Positions 1 to 10,209 are shown, counted from the first letter of the stretch. The stretch is DNA of 64,000 nt from Vicinamibacterales bacterium (GCA_050187355.1 JBFWXO010000006.1:118584-182583), one strand, 5' to 3'. The notes: a model not told the origin generated them from the letters alone. Made by a program: numbers and translations.

Positions 1-36
1 GATGCCTCGCCGGTGCTGCAGTGACCGCGCGCCGCG

Positions 37-2274
37 CTACCGGCCGGTGTCGCGCGCGTCCAGCGCCGCCTTCACCCGCGCCGGCGTGAACGGCACGGTG
101 CGGAGCCTGAGGCCGGTCGCGTCGAAGATCGCGTTGGCGACGGCGGCGGCTACCGGGGCCGTCGCGGCCTCCCCGGCGCCGAGCAGCGGCTGATCGGGAC
201 GGTTCACGAGCACGACCGTGACCTCCGGCGCCTCGGGGAAGCGCAGGATCGGATAGGTCGCCCAGTCCACGCTGGTGACGCGCGAGCGATCGAACGTGAC
301 TTCCTCGTGCAGCGCGCGGCTGAGCGTCTGCACGATGCACCCTTCGACCTGGTTGCGGAGGCCGTCGGGATTCACGACGAGCCCGCAGTCGTGGGCACAT
401 GCGACCCGCCGGACCCGCACGACTCCGGTGACGGCGTGCACCGCGGCTTCCATGGCGATGGCGACGTAGTTCTCGGCCTGCTTGTAGCGGCAGTACGCGA
501 AGCCGCGGCCGACGAGCCACTCGCCCTCGCGCGGCGCGAGGTTCGGAGAGGGCCGCGCCGTCCACCCGAACGCCTCGGCCGCCCTGTCGATCGCCTCGAG
601 GGCGCGCGGGTCGGTCAACTTCGCGCGGCGGAAGGCCACCGCGTCCACCCCAGCCGCGGCCGCCAGTTCGTCGGTCATGCCCTCCACCGCGAACACGTTG
701 GCGATCTTGCCCGGCGCCCGCAGGTTGGAGAGCTGCAGGGGCGTGTCCTTCAGGAGATGGGCGAACACACGGACGCGGTCGGCCTGATAGGGCGGATCGC
801 CGTTCTGGGTGATCGCCCCCGAGCCCTGGCCGTGGTCCTGCGCGATGCCGGCGAAGTCCGCGGCGTGGAGCGCCCGCGCTCCGCCGCCGCCGTCGGGCAC
901 GCGCATGTCGGTCTGCCAGGCCACGATGCGGCCGGACGCGTCCAGGCCGGCGCGGACGTCCAGCAGTTGCTGCGGGCCCTTCGGATCCCACGCCGTCTCG
1001 TCGGCACGCATCCACTGGACCCGGACCGGAGCGCCGATCGTCCTGGAGACGAGCACCGCGTCGGCCGCCACGTGGTCCGTGCCGTTGGTCCCGTAGGACC
1101 CTGCCCCTTCCAGGAACACGACGCGCACCTTGTCGCGCGGCAGGCCGAAGGTCCGCGCCAGACTGTCGCGCAGCCCGTAGCTGCCCTGCGTGGCGGACCA
1201 CACCGTGGCGCTGCCATCGGCCTTGACGTCGGCCACGGCGCACGACGGGCCGAGCGACGCATGGCTCTGGAACGGCCAGAAGTAGGTGGCCGAGAGCGTC
1301 GTCGCGGCGGCGGCGAACGCGGCGGCGGGATCGCCGCCTCGTGCGACCACTTCCTGAGTGCGCACGACCTCGGCCGAGCGGACGTAGTCGGCCAGGCCGT
1401 CGCTGCCGGGCAGGCCTTCCCACGAGCTCCATGTCGCGCGAAGGGCCGCGGCTCCGCGAATGGCGGCCCATTCGTCGCGGGCGGCGACCGCGAGGAAGCT
1501 GTTGACGCGCACGAGCCGCGCCCCGGGAATCCCCGCGAGCGACGCCTCGTCGACGGCGAGGAGGCGCGCGCCGAGCGCGGGCGGCCGCACCACGCGCGCG
1601 TGCCACAGGCCGGGCAGCGTGAAGTCCTGGACGTAGGTGTAGCGGCCCGACACCTTGCCGGGCACGTCCGGGCGCGGGAGCGGCGTGCCGACCACGGAAT
1701 AGGTGGCAGGCGCCGCGACGGCCGGCTCCTTGTCCACGGCCATCGACAGCCGGCGGCCTTCCACCAGCGCCCCGATGTCCACGCCGGCCCCGCCGGTCCG
1801 CGGCTGCACGCGCCCGCCGGCCACGGTCAGCTCGGCGGCCGGCCGGCCGAGACGCCGGGCCCCGAGGTCGAGCAGGGCGCGCCTGGCCGTCGCCGCCGCG
1901 CGCCGGATGTCGGCGCCGCCGCGGGTGAGCCCGGTGCTGCCACCGGTGCCACCGTGGTTCGGACACGCCCCCGTGTCGCCTTCGACGACCGTGATGCGCT
2001 CGGCCGCGACGCCCAGTTCCTCGGCCGCGATCTGTGCCAGCGCCATCCGCAGGCCGGTGCCGACGTCCACCTTGCTCGTGTACAGCGTCACGGCGCCGTC
2101 GGCGTGGATGGCGAGGTAGCTGTCGAGCGCGCCGGGGTCGAGCGAGCGCGCGGCGACGTCCGGTCCCGGCTGCGCGCCGGCGCGCGCCGCCGGGCCGCTC
2201 CAGGCGAAGCTCACGACCAGGGCGCCGCCCGCCTTCAGGAGCGCACGACGACTGACGGACCCCGGCGCCGCCAT
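37..2274 (-). CDS. Molybdopterin-binding aldehyde/isoquinoline oxidoreductase large subunit (xanthine dehydrogenase family, IorB/NicB-like), Tat-exported
   Basis: Start MAAPGSVSRRALLKAGGALVV (twin-arginine). Family motifs KVDVGTG, GGTGGS, HASLGPSCA, QVEGCIVQTLS and GAGEAAT. ATG overlaps the stop of the upstream 2Fe-2S gene. Confidence 0.9.
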   Translation of the reverse strand: MAAPGSVSRRALLKAGGALVVSFAWSGPAARAGAQPGPDVAARSLDPGALDSYLAIHADGAVTLYTSKVDVGTGLRMALAQIAAEELGVAAERITVVEGDTGACPNHGGTGGSTGLTRGGADIRRAAATARRALLDLGARRLGRPAAELTVAGGRVQPRTGGAGVDIGALVEGRRLSMAVDKEPAVAAPATYSVVGTPLPRPDVPGKVSGRYTYVQDFTLPGLWHARVVRPPALGARLLAVDEASLAGIPGARLVRVNSFLAVAARDEWAAIRGAAALRATWSSWEGLPGSDGLADYVRSAEVVRTQEVVARGGDPAAAFAAAATTLSATYFWPFQSHASLGPSCAVADVKADGSATVWSATQGSYGLRDSLARTFGLPRDKVRVVFLEGAGSYGTNGTDHVAADAVLVSRTIGAPVRVQWMRADETAWDPKGPQQLLDVRAGLDASGRIVAWQTDMRVPDGGGGARALHAADFAGIAQDHGQGSGAITQNGDPPYQADRVRVFAHLLKDTPLQLSNLRAPGKIANVFAVEGMTDELAAAAGVDAVAFRRAKLTDPRALEAIDRAAEAFGWTARPSPNLAPREGEWLVGRGFAYCRYKQAENYVAIAMEAAVHAVTGVVRVRRVACAHDCGLVVNPDGLRNQVEGCIVQTLSRALHEEVTFDRSRVTSVDWATYPILRFPEAPEVTVVLVNRPDQPLLGAGEAATAPVAAAVANAIFDATGLRLRTVPFTPARVKAALDARDTGR

Positions 2275-2735
2275 CAGCCTCGGGCCGCGCGCTGGACGGC
2301 GCGGACGATGCGCGTGTGCGTACCGCACCGGCACAGGTTGCCGGCGAGCGCGTCCTTGATCTGGGCCACCGTCGGCTGCGGGGTGCGCTCCAGGAACGCG
2401 GCGGCGGTCATGATCATGCCGCTCGTGCAGTACCCGCACTGCGCGGCCTGTTCGGCCACGAACGCGGCCTGCACGCGGTGCAGGCGCGCGGGCGATCCCA
2501 GCCCCTCCACCGTCGTGATCGTGCGGCCCTCGGCACGGCTCACCGGCACGGTGCACGACCGCTCCGCGCGGCCGTCGACGAGGACCGTGCAGGCGCCGCA
2601 CTGCCCGAGGCCGCAGCCGAACTTCGGTCCGTGGAGCCCCAGCGGTCCGCGCAGCACGTAGAGGAGCGGCTGGTCGGCATCCCAGCTCTCGACGGACACC
2701 GCGCGGCCGTTCAGGCGGAACGAATAGCCCGGCAT
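2274..2735 (-). CDS. (2Fe-2S)-binding small subunit (IorA/CoxS-like)
   Basis: GCGLGQCGACTV, QCGYCTSG and NLCRCG motifs; TGCTAGGAT extended -10 lies 12 nt upstream. Confidence 0.95.
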   Translation of the reverse strand: MPGYSFRLNGRAVSVESWDADQPLLYVLRGPLGLHGPKFGCGLGQCGACTVLVDGRAERSCTVPVSRAEGRTITTVEGLGSPARLHRVQAAFVAEQAAQCGYCTSGMIMTAAAFLERTPQPTVAQIKDALAGNLCRCGTHTRIVRAVQRAARG

Positions 2736-2842
2736 GGGAACCGCGCCATCCTAGCAGGACCCGCGCGGCCGGCACCGCCGGAAACGGCCGGCCGGCGGGC
2801 CGGCTCCGCCGTAGCCGCGGACAGCGGCGCGGCGCCGGGCCG

Positions 2843-4483
2843 TCAGCGCGTGGCGGCGGCCGCCTCCGCCAGCTCCGGTCGCACGGGCGTGTCCGCGCGA
2901 CGGCAGATCTGCAGGAGCTGCGCGAAGTGCGCGATCGCCGCCTGGCGGCGGCCGGCCGCCTGCGCGGCACGCGCCGCGCCGTACTCGGACCGGAACCGGT
3001 TCGGCTCTTTCGTCAGCGTCGCCTCGAAGGCCGCCAGCGCGTCCACGGGGCGCTTGAGCTCCAGCAGCATCTCGCCGAGCAGCTCCCGCGCCGGCTTGAT
3101 CGGGCCGGGCGTGACCGCGGCCTTCTCCGTGGCGTCCTCGCGCGTCACCGCCTCCTGCATGAGCGCCAGGGCGCCAGCCGCGTTCCCTTCGGCGAGCGCC
3201 GTCCACGCGGCGGCGCCGAGACGTTCGATCTCCACCTGCTCGGCCCAATAGGCGTCCTTCGCCTCGGCGAGCGCGCGGCTCAGCGCGGCGAGGCGGGCCA
3301 CATCCTGCCTGGCAGCCTCGACCCGCCCGCTGCGCGCGGCCCCCAGCGCCCGGGCGAAGTGCGTCACGGCCTCGGCCCATGGCACGGGCGTCCCGGGCGG
3401 CGCGAGCGCGGACGCCTCGTCCCACGCCGCGCGCTCGAGCGCGTAGCGAGCCGGCATGGCCGCCGCCGCGTAGTAGCCGGCCGTCGGGGGCGCGGCGTTC
3501 CCGGCGCCGCCGTTGGGCACGGCGGCCACGAGCGTGGACACCCGGTCGAGCACACCGCGGGCCGCCCGGTCCTGGCCGGTCTGCAGGAAGGCGTACACCT
3601 GGTAGTCCAGGGCGTGCAGCTCCTCGGACGCCGCGCCGGCGTCGCGATGCGCCGCGTCGGCCGACTTGCGGTTGGTGTCGATCGAGTCCTGCCAGAGGCC
3701 CAGGCGCGTGAAGGTGTGCGAGGGCATGTGGAGGGCGTGCGGCGCGTCCGGGGCGATGGCGGCGTAGCGGCGCGCGGCGTTGAGGCCGCGCGAGGCCAGG
3801 GGCGGCACGTCGAAGGCGTGGATGATGTAGTGCGCGAGGCCGGGGTGTTCGGGCTGGCGCGCGAACTCCTCTTCCAGAATCGACGCCGCCTTCAACTGGT
3901 TCGCGTACGACTTGTCGGTGGGCGGCGCCGTCTGCGCCAGCGCGAGGGCGTAGAAGATCCGCCCCTCGATGTCGTCCGGGTGGGCCGCGGTGAGCGCGGC
4001 CATGGCGTGCTCGTAGGCCACCGTCCGGGTGCGCTGGTCGCGCGTGGCCGCGTCGCGGAAGAGCTCGGCCGCCGCCTCGAGGTACGCGCGCTCGCGCGGC
4101 GTCCCGGCCTTCAGCGCCAGGCCGGCCTCCACCGCGGCGCGCCCTTCGTCGAGGGCCTTGGGCGTCCGGAATCCGCCGAACGGGTTGCTCCACCAGCTCA
4201 GGGCGATGCCCCAGTGCGCCATGACGCACGCCGGATCCCTCTGGAGCACGCCCTGGAATGCCGCGACCGAGGCCGAGAACCAGAAGGAGTGGAGCAGGGC
4301 GACGCCGCGATCGAAGTCCGCCTGGACGGCGGGGGCGCACGACGTGGCGAAGTGGACGGTGCCCAGCCGGGGCGCCGCCGCGTCGTGCGTGTGGACGTCC
4401 TGCGGCGCCGTCGCCGGCACCTGGGCGCTCAGCGGCGCCGTGCACACGAACACGGTCAGGACGAGCGTCGACGGACGCAGCAT
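2843..4483 (-). CDS. Secreted TPR-like protein with His-rich core, function unknown
   Basis: Signal peptide, SD GAGGAGGAG, helical repeats and a HPGLAHYIIH...PHALHMPSH motif. Confidence 0.8.
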   Translation of the reverse strand: MLRPSTLVLTVFVCTAPLSAQVPATAPQDVHTHDAAAPRLGTVHFATSCAPAVQADFDRGVALLHSFWFSASVAAFQGVLQRDPACVMAHWGIALSWWSNPFGGFRTPKALDEGRAAVEAGLALKAGTPRERAYLEAAAELFRDAATRDQRTRTVAYEHAMAALTAAHPDDIEGRIFYALALAQTAPPTDKSYANQLKAASILEEEFARQPEHPGLAHYIIHAFDVPPLASRGLNAARRYAAIAPDAPHALHMPSHTFTRLGLWQDSIDTNRKSADAAHRDAGAASEELHALDYQVYAFLQTGQDRAARGVLDRVSTLVAAVPNGGAGNAAPPTAGYYAAAAMPARYALERAAWDEASALAPPGTPVPWAEAVTHFARALGAARSGRVEAARQDVARLAALSRALAEAKDAYWAEQVEIERLGAAAWTALAEGNAAGALALMQEAVTREDATEKAAVTPGPIKPARELLGEMLLELKRPVDALAAFEATLTKEPNRFRSEYGAARAAQAAGRRQAAIAHFAQLLQICRRADTPVRPELAEAAAATR

Positions 4484-4655
4484 GGCACTTCTCCTCCTCG
4501 ACAGACGACGGGTCTCATCGCTGAAAGGCGCTGAACCTCGTCGGAGGGCCTCACAGGCCGGCGCACACGCCTCCAGGGACGCATCAGGATGGCGCCGGGC
4601 GCGGCACCGCGCTAGTACTGACTTCGGACCGGTCCGGGGCGGCGCTCCCGGCGGC

Positions 4656-5732
4656 TCAACCGCCCGGCGGGCCCTCCGCCACGACGACGCGGTTCCGGCC
4701 CTCGGCCTTGGCCCGGTACAGGGCGTCCGGCTCGCCCGAGAAGGACGCCATGACGGCCACGCCGGCGCTCAGCGTGATCGAGCCCTCCGGCCCGGTCGCG
4801 AGCGCGGCGCGTTCCACCGTCGCGCGCATGCGCTCGGCCAGGAGCGCCGCCTCGGCAATCGACGTCTCGGGCAGCACCACCAGGAACTCCTCGCCGCCCC
4901 AGCGGCCCACCCGGTCGGTCGTGCGCACCACGCTCGTCAGCACGTCGCCCACGGCGCGGATCGTCCGGTCGCCGCTGTCGTGCCCGCGCTCGTCGTTGAC
5001 GCGCTTGAAGTGATCCACGTCGCAGAGCACGAACGCCGTCGGGCGGCCGCCTCGCGACTGCCGCGCCAGCTCGCGGACGGCGAACTCCTCGGTGGCGCGG
5101 CGATTGGGCAGCCCGGTGAGGGCGTCGGTCCGCGCCTCGCGCATGAGCGCCTGCTCGGCCACGAACGCGCGCCGGTTCGTGGCCTCGAACACACGGGCGA
5201 GCATCAGGCCGACGGCAATCGTCAGCGCGAGGAACACGGTGGCGTTGGTGACCGTGAAGCGATCGGCGCCCGCCACCATCATCCCGAGGCCGGCGCCGGC
5301 GAGCGGCACGAGCGTGGTCACCAGGTAGTCGCGGCGGTCGAGCACGATGTAGGGCCCGCCGAGGAACGCCGCGACGAGGCCGGCCAGCCCGATGGTGTAG
5401 CCCTCGCGAACCACCGCGTTGACGGCGGCCACCGCGAGGACGGCGGCCCAGAAGCGGACCTTCGCGATCGCGGGCGCCCACTGTACCGTGCCGGTCGCCC
5501 GCTGCAGCAGGCCGGTCGAGACAATCACGACGGCCGCGGCCACGCGGATGACGAGCGCGGTGCTCCAGGCGGCCGGGTCCACGTACCAGTCCCACAGGCT
5601 GAAGGCCAGGATCAGGCTGGCCGACAGGCCGAAATGGAACACGGACCCGTTCAGCAGCGCGAGGCTCGCCGCGCGCGACGCGATGAACTGCGCCTGGAGG
5701 TCTGAGCCCTCGGCCGGCGCCCGGACTTCCAC
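4656..5732 (-). CDS. Membrane-bound diguanylate cyclase (GGDEF domain)
   Basis: Several TM helices, then DALTGLPNRR, DVDHFKRVND, RxxD I-site (RTTD) and GGEEF. Confidence 0.92.
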   Translation of the reverse strand: MEVRAPAEGSDLQAQFIASRAASLALLNGSVFHFGLSASLILAFSLWDWYVDPAAWSTALVIRVAAAVVIVSTGLLQRATGTVQWAPAIAKVRFWAAVLAVAAVNAVVREGYTIGLAGLVAAFLGGPYIVLDRRDYLVTTLVPLAGAGLGMMVAGADRFTVTNATVFLALTIAVGLMLARVFEATNRRAFVAEQALMREARTDALTGLPNRRATEEFAVRELARQSRGGRPTAFVLCDVDHFKRVNDERGHDSGDRTIRAVGDVLTSVVRTTDRVGRWGGEEFLVVLPETSIAEAALLAERMRATVERAALATGPEGSITLSAGVAVMASFSGEPDALYRAKAEGRNRVVVAEGPPGG

Positions 5733-5734
5733 GG

Positions 5735-7522
5735 TCAGCGCGCCCCCGGGGCGAACGGCGGCGGGGGCCGCCGGTGCCAGTCGGTGGCGCGCTGGTAGGC
5801 GTGGGCCAGGGCGAGCACCGCGGCCTCGCCGAACGGGCGCCCGTGGAAGGTGATGCTCGTCGGGCGTCCCGGGCCGTAGAAGCCGTTCGGCACGGAGAGG
5901 GCCGGCAGTCCGCAGACGTTCGACACGTCGTGGTGATCGCGCGTCAGGTTGCGGGGGCTATCGGGCACGACGCCGCCTCCCGATCCGCCCGGCGGGTTCA
6001 GCGGCGGGTTGTTCGACGGCGCGAGGTACACGTCGAACCGTCCGACGGTGGCGAAATGCTGGCGCATCAGCATCGCGCGGATGCGCTGCGCCTGCAGGTA
6101 CTCCACGGCCGGCACGAGCCGGCCCTGGCGGAAGCCGTTGGCCCGGGTGGGATTGGTGAAGTCCCGGGCGGCACCCGACTGCATCACGTCCTCGAAGTAG
6201 GCGCTCGACTCTGCGCCCACGCCGGCGCCGGCCAGCTCGCTGCGCATGCGCGGCAGCTCGAACGGCTCCAGGCGCACGCCGAGCGCCCGGAGGCTGTCGA
6301 GCGTCGCGTGGTCGTGCGCCGTCCACTCGGCCGTGCGGCCCTCGTCGGCGCCCGTCGGCTCGAGGTAGCCCACCCGCAGCGTGCGGACGTCCATGGCCGC
6401 GTCCCAGTTGACGGGCACGTCCTGCACCGACCCGTCGCGATCGTCCGGTCCGGCGATCGCGCGGAACACGAGCGCGCAATCCTCGGCGGTGCGGCAGATG
6501 GGCCCGATGCGGTCGCGGCTCCACTGCAGCGACATGCACCCGAACCGGCTCACGCGGCCGAAGGTCGGGCGCAGGCCCGTGGCACCGCACCGCGTGGCCG
6601 GGAACAGGATGGACCCACCCGTGTCGGTGCCGATCGCGAACGCCACGAGCCCCGCGGCCGTGGCCGCGGCGGGACCGCACGACGAGCCGCTTGCGCCCTC
6701 GCGCACGTCCCAGGGGTTGTTGGTCCGGCCGCCGAACCAGTACTCGCCCGACGCCATCTCCCCGGTGGAGAGCTTCGCGACCAGCACCGCGCCCGCCTCG
6801 CGCAGCCGCGCGGCCACGGCCGCCTCGGTGTCGATCACGCGGGTCCGGAAGGCCTGGGATCCCCAGGTGGTCGGATAGCCCGGCACGGCCAGGATGTCCT
6901 TGCAGCCCCACGGGATTCCGTGCAGCGGTCCGCGGTGGCGTCCCTCGGCGAGGTCGCGGTCCGCCTGCCGTGCCTGCGCCCGCGCGAGGTCCGTCGTGAG
7001 GGTGATGACGCAGTTGAGGGCGGGCCCGTGGGCGGCGAGCCGCGCCAGGAACAGCTCGGTGAGCTCCACCGACGTCACCTGGCGCGTGCGGATCAGGTGC
7101 GCCAGGTGCAGCACCGGCCAGAACGCGAGATCGTCGAGGCGGCGGGGCCGCGCCAGGCCGGACACCGGCGACGGACGGAAGGGCCGGGCCGCGCGGTCCA
7201 CGCGCATGCCCGGCACGAGCGGGCTGAAGTACAGGGGCGGCGCCACGTCGGGACCGATGGCGAAGGTGCGCCGCTCGACGTAGCGGCGCAGGCTGCCCTG
7301 CACGCCGCGGAGCATCTGGCGCCGCTCGTCCTCGCCGAAGTCGAGGCCCGCCACCGCGAGCGCCGACGCGAGCATCTCCGCGGTGAGCGCGTCCGGCGTG
7401 GGCGCCTGGCCGGCGGTCTGCGCCAGGAGCTTTTCCCACAGCACGCCGGGCAGGAGCGTCGAGGCGAGACCCGCACTGGAGCAGTACTCGAGGAACCGGC
7501 GGCGGGAGGCAGCGAGGCGCAT
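5735..7522 (-). CDS. Amidase-signature family enzyme, Tat-exported
   Basis: SRRRFL signal; GPLHGIPWGCKD, GSSCG and IGTDTGGSI motifs. Confidence 0.9.
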   Translation of the reverse strand: MRLAASRRRFLEYCSSAGLASTLLPGVLWEKLLAQTAGQAPTPDALTAEMLASALAVAGLDFGEDERRQMLRGVQGSLRRYVERRTFAIGPDVAPPLYFSPLVPGMRVDRAARPFRPSPVSGLARPRRLDDLAFWPVLHLAHLIRTRQVTSVELTELFLARLAAHGPALNCVITLTTDLARAQARQADRDLAEGRHRGPLHGIPWGCKDILAVPGYPTTWGSQAFRTRVIDTEAAVAARLREAGAVLVAKLSTGEMASGEYWFGGRTNNPWDVREGASGSSCGPAAATAAGLVAFAIGTDTGGSILFPATRCGATGLRPTFGRVSRFGCMSLQWSRDRIGPICRTAEDCALVFRAIAGPDDRDGSVQDVPVNWDAAMDVRTLRVGYLEPTGADEGRTAEWTAHDHATLDSLRALGVRLEPFELPRMRSELAGAGVGAESSAYFEDVMQSGAARDFTNPTRANGFRQGRLVPAVEYLQAQRIRAMLMRQHFATVGRFDVYLAPSNNPPLNPPGGSGGGVVPDSPRNLTRDHHDVSNVCGLPALSVPNGFYGPGRPTSITFHGRPFGEAAVLALAHAYQRATDWHRRPPPPFAPGAR

Positions 7523-7572
7523 GGCGCCGGTAGGCTACACCCGTCCGGGGCGGGACGCGCCGCGCGGGCCGG

Positions 7573-10209
7573 CTACGGGGGGCCGGCGAGCGCCGCCGCC
7601 TTGGCGGGCTCGCCGAGCCGGACGTAGATCGAGGCCAAGAGTTCGCGCGCCTCGGCCAGCTCGGATCCGGACGACCCCGACAACGCTCCCAGCATGTCGT
7701 GGGCCGTGGCCACCTCGTCCCGCGCCTCGGACAGGCGCTGCTGCGCGGCCAGCGCGCGGCCCAGCCGCAGGTGGGCGATGGCCGTGTAGCGCTGGCCCGG
7801 CACCACGGCCGACAGCCGGCGGACGGCGTCGCGAAGGATGGGCTCGGCCGTCGCCGCGGCGCCGCGGGCGAGGTGGACCGAGCCCAGGTTCGACAGCTGG
7901 TGCAGGTAGAACTCGTGCTCCTCGCCCACCGTGCCCTTGAAGATCGCGGCGGCCTCCTGGAACGCGGCCTCGGCCTCGCCGAATCGCCGCCGGTCGCGCG
8001 CCAGATCGCCCATGAGGCTCAGCACCGCGGCAACCCGGGGGTGGCGGGCGCCGTACACCTTCGTGTATTCGTCGCGCGCCTGGACGTACATCGCGCCGGC
8101 CTCGTCGGGCCGCTGCAGGTAGGCGAGGGTCCGGCCCAGCATGAGCACGTTCTGCGCGGTCTTGGGATGATGCGGCCCGTACCACTCCTCGTTGATCGTC
8201 CGGGCGTCGCGATACAGCGCCTCGGCCCCGGCATAGTCGCCGCGGTCGAGCGCGAGATTGCCGAGATTGAAGAGATCAATCGCGACGTAGGGATGGCGGC
8301 TGCCGAAGAGCGACCGGTCGAGCGCGAGCGCACGGGAGTTGAGATCCAGGGCGGCGGCGGCGTGACCCAGGTAGTACTCGGTGTTGGCCAGGACGCCGAT
8401 GGCCTCCGACAGCTCCGGGGACGGCGGATGCGTCGACAGCTCGTCGATCGCGTCCCGGAGCAGCTCGGCGGCGGCGGCGTAGTCGCCGCGATCGGCCAGC
8501 ACCCGGCCGACCACGGACTGGGCGGCCGCAACTTCGACCGGGTCGGCCGCGGCCCGCGCGGTCGCCAGCCGCAGGGCCTCGCGGGCCAGGCGCTCCGCCT
8601 CGTCGTAGCTGGACTCCTCGGCTCGAAGGGCGGCCAGGGCCAGCTGGGTGCGGAGGGTCCTCGGGTCGTCCGCCCCGAGACGCGCACGCTGCGTGTCGAG
8701 CGCGGCCCCCAGCAGGGGACCCGCGCGGTCCACGTGTCCGAGCTTGTGGTACAGCCCACCGAACGTGGAGCGAAGCTCCGCCTGCAGGTCGGGCTCGTCG
8801 TCGAGGCCCTCGGCTTCCCGGACGCCGCGGTCGAGCAGTTCCGCCACGCGCAGCCCGCCGGACGGTCCGGCGGCGGTGTCGTCGCCGTCGAACAGGTTCA
8901 GCATCAGCCGATGGATCCGTTCGAGCTCGGCCCGCGACGAGACCGCCGCGTCGCGGGCGGCGACCAGACGCAGCGTGAACCCCACACTGAGCGCCAGGAT
9001 GGTCGCGGCGACGGCACCGGCAATCGCCAGGGTGCGGCGGTTGCGGCGCAGGTATTTCCGGATGCGGTAGGTACTCGGTGTCAGGGTCCGCGCCAGGAGC
9101 GGCTCGTGCCGCTCGAAGCGTTCGAGGTCGCCGAGGAGAGCCTCGGCTGACGCGTAGCGCTCCACCTTGTCGCGATGCACGGCCGTCAGGCAGATGGCGT
9201 CGAGATCCTGCCACTCGTTCCGTGAGGCCTGCACGGCCGAGTCGAGGCGTTCCGCGGCGCGGACCGAGGGGCGGACCGGCGGGTCGACGAGCGCCCGCGC
9301 CATCTCGACGGGGCCGAGCCCGGCGAACTCCACGGGCGGCCGGCCCGTCAGCAGCTCGTACAGCAGCGCGCCGAGGGCGTGGACGTCGCTCTGGACGTCC
9401 AGGACGTCTCCGCGAATCTGCTCCGGCGAGGCGTAGTTGAGCGACAGCCGGCGATGGCCCGTGGCCGTCCGTTCGACCGCGGCTCCCGCCTCGGTCAGGT
9501 GGCGGGCGACGCCGAAGTCCACGAGCTTCACGTCGCCCGCGTCGGTCACGAGGATGTTCGACGGCTTCAGGTCCAGGTGGACGACCAGGTTGCGATGCGC
9601 GTAGCTCACGGCCTGGCAGACGCGGCTGAAGAGATCCAGCCGCTGTCTCAGGTCGAGTCCGCGCGCGGTGGCGTGGGCCACCAGGCTGCGGCCGGCCACG
9701 TACTCCATCGCGAACCACGGCCGCTCGTGCGAGACCCCGGCGTCGAAGAGCCTGGCGATGGACGGGTGGTTGAGGCTCGCCAGCGTCCGCTGCTCGCTGG
9801 CGAACCGGTCGCGGGCCGCGGGACTCCACGCATCGTGCAGGAACTTGACGGCCACGACGTCGCCGAGTCCGTCCCGCCGGGCCAGGTACACCGATCCCAT
9901 GCCGCCTTCACCGAGGTAGCCTGAGATCACGTAGTGTCCGAACTGCTGCGGCAGGGTCGACGGCCCGTCGGGAGCCAGCTCCGCGGCGAGCACGCGCGGG
10001 TCCTGGTCCAGCAAGGCCGAGCCCGACCGATCCGCGCGCAGCAGCGCATCGACGCGCGCCGCGACCGCGGCCTCGGCATCCATGAGGGCGGCGAGGCGCC
10101 GTTCCTGTTCGGCCGCGGGCAGATCGGCCAGCTCCTCGAAGAGAGCGGACACCCTCGCGTGGAAGTCGGTGTCGGCGGCGTCGGCGGGTGGGTTGGGCTC
10201 CGCGGCCAT
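7573..10209 (-). CDS. Membrane Ser/Thr protein kinase with C-terminal TPR repeats
   Basis: LGEGGMGSVY, VAVK, HLDLKPSNIL, DFG and YASPEQ motifs; one TM helix; TPR repeats. Start moved to MAAEPN. Confidence 0.9.
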   Translation of the reverse strand: MAAEPNPPADAADTDFHARVSALFEELADLPAAEQERRLAALMDAEAAVAARVDALLRADRSGSALLDQDPRVLAAELAPDGPSTLPQQFGHYVISGYLGEGGMGSVYLARRDGLGDVVAVKFLHDAWSPAARDRFASEQRTLASLNHPSIARLFDAGVSHERPWFAMEYVAGRSLVAHATARGLDLRQRLDLFSRVCQAVSYAHRNLVVHLDLKPSNILVTDAGDVKLVDFGVARHLTEAGAAVERTATGHRRLSLNYASPEQIRGDVLDVQSDVHALGALLYELLTGRPPVEFAGLGPVEMARALVDPPVRPSVRAAERLDSAVQASRNEWQDLDAICLTAVHRDKVERYASAEALLGDLERFERHEPLLARTLTPSTYRIRKYLRRNRRTLAIAGAVAATILALSVGFTLRLVAARDAAVSSRAELERIHRLMLNLFDGDDTAAGPSGGLRVAELLDRGVREAEGLDDEPDLQAELRSTFGGLYHKLGHVDRAGPLLGAALDTQRARLGADDPRTLRTQLALAALRAEESSYDEAERLAREALRLATARAAADPVEVAAAQSVVGRVLADRGDYAAAAELLRDAIDELSTHPPSPELSEAIGVLANTEYYLGHAAAALDLNSRALALDRSLFGSRHPYVAIDLFNLGNLALDRGDYAGAEALYRDARTINEEWYGPHHPKTAQNVLMLGRTLAYLQRPDEAGAMYVQARDEYTKVYGARHPRVAAVLSLMGDLARDRRRFGEAEAAFQEAAAIFKGTVGEEHEFYLHQLSNLGSVHLARGAAATAEPILRDAVRRLSAVVPGQRYTAIAHLRLGRALAAQQRLSEARDEVATAHDMLGALSGSSGSELAEARELLASIYVRLGEPAKAAALAGPP

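Noticed and set aside
2275-2970. Apparent N-terminal extension of the Mo enzyme; similar extensions at 7573-10674, 13170-15437, 32004-34748 and 40390-43107
   Set aside because: The extensions overlap real genes in other frames; true starts lie downstream with signal peptide, SD or -10 support
5735-7522. Calling the amidases gatA
   Set aside because: All three amidases have export signals, and there are no gatB/gatC neighbours
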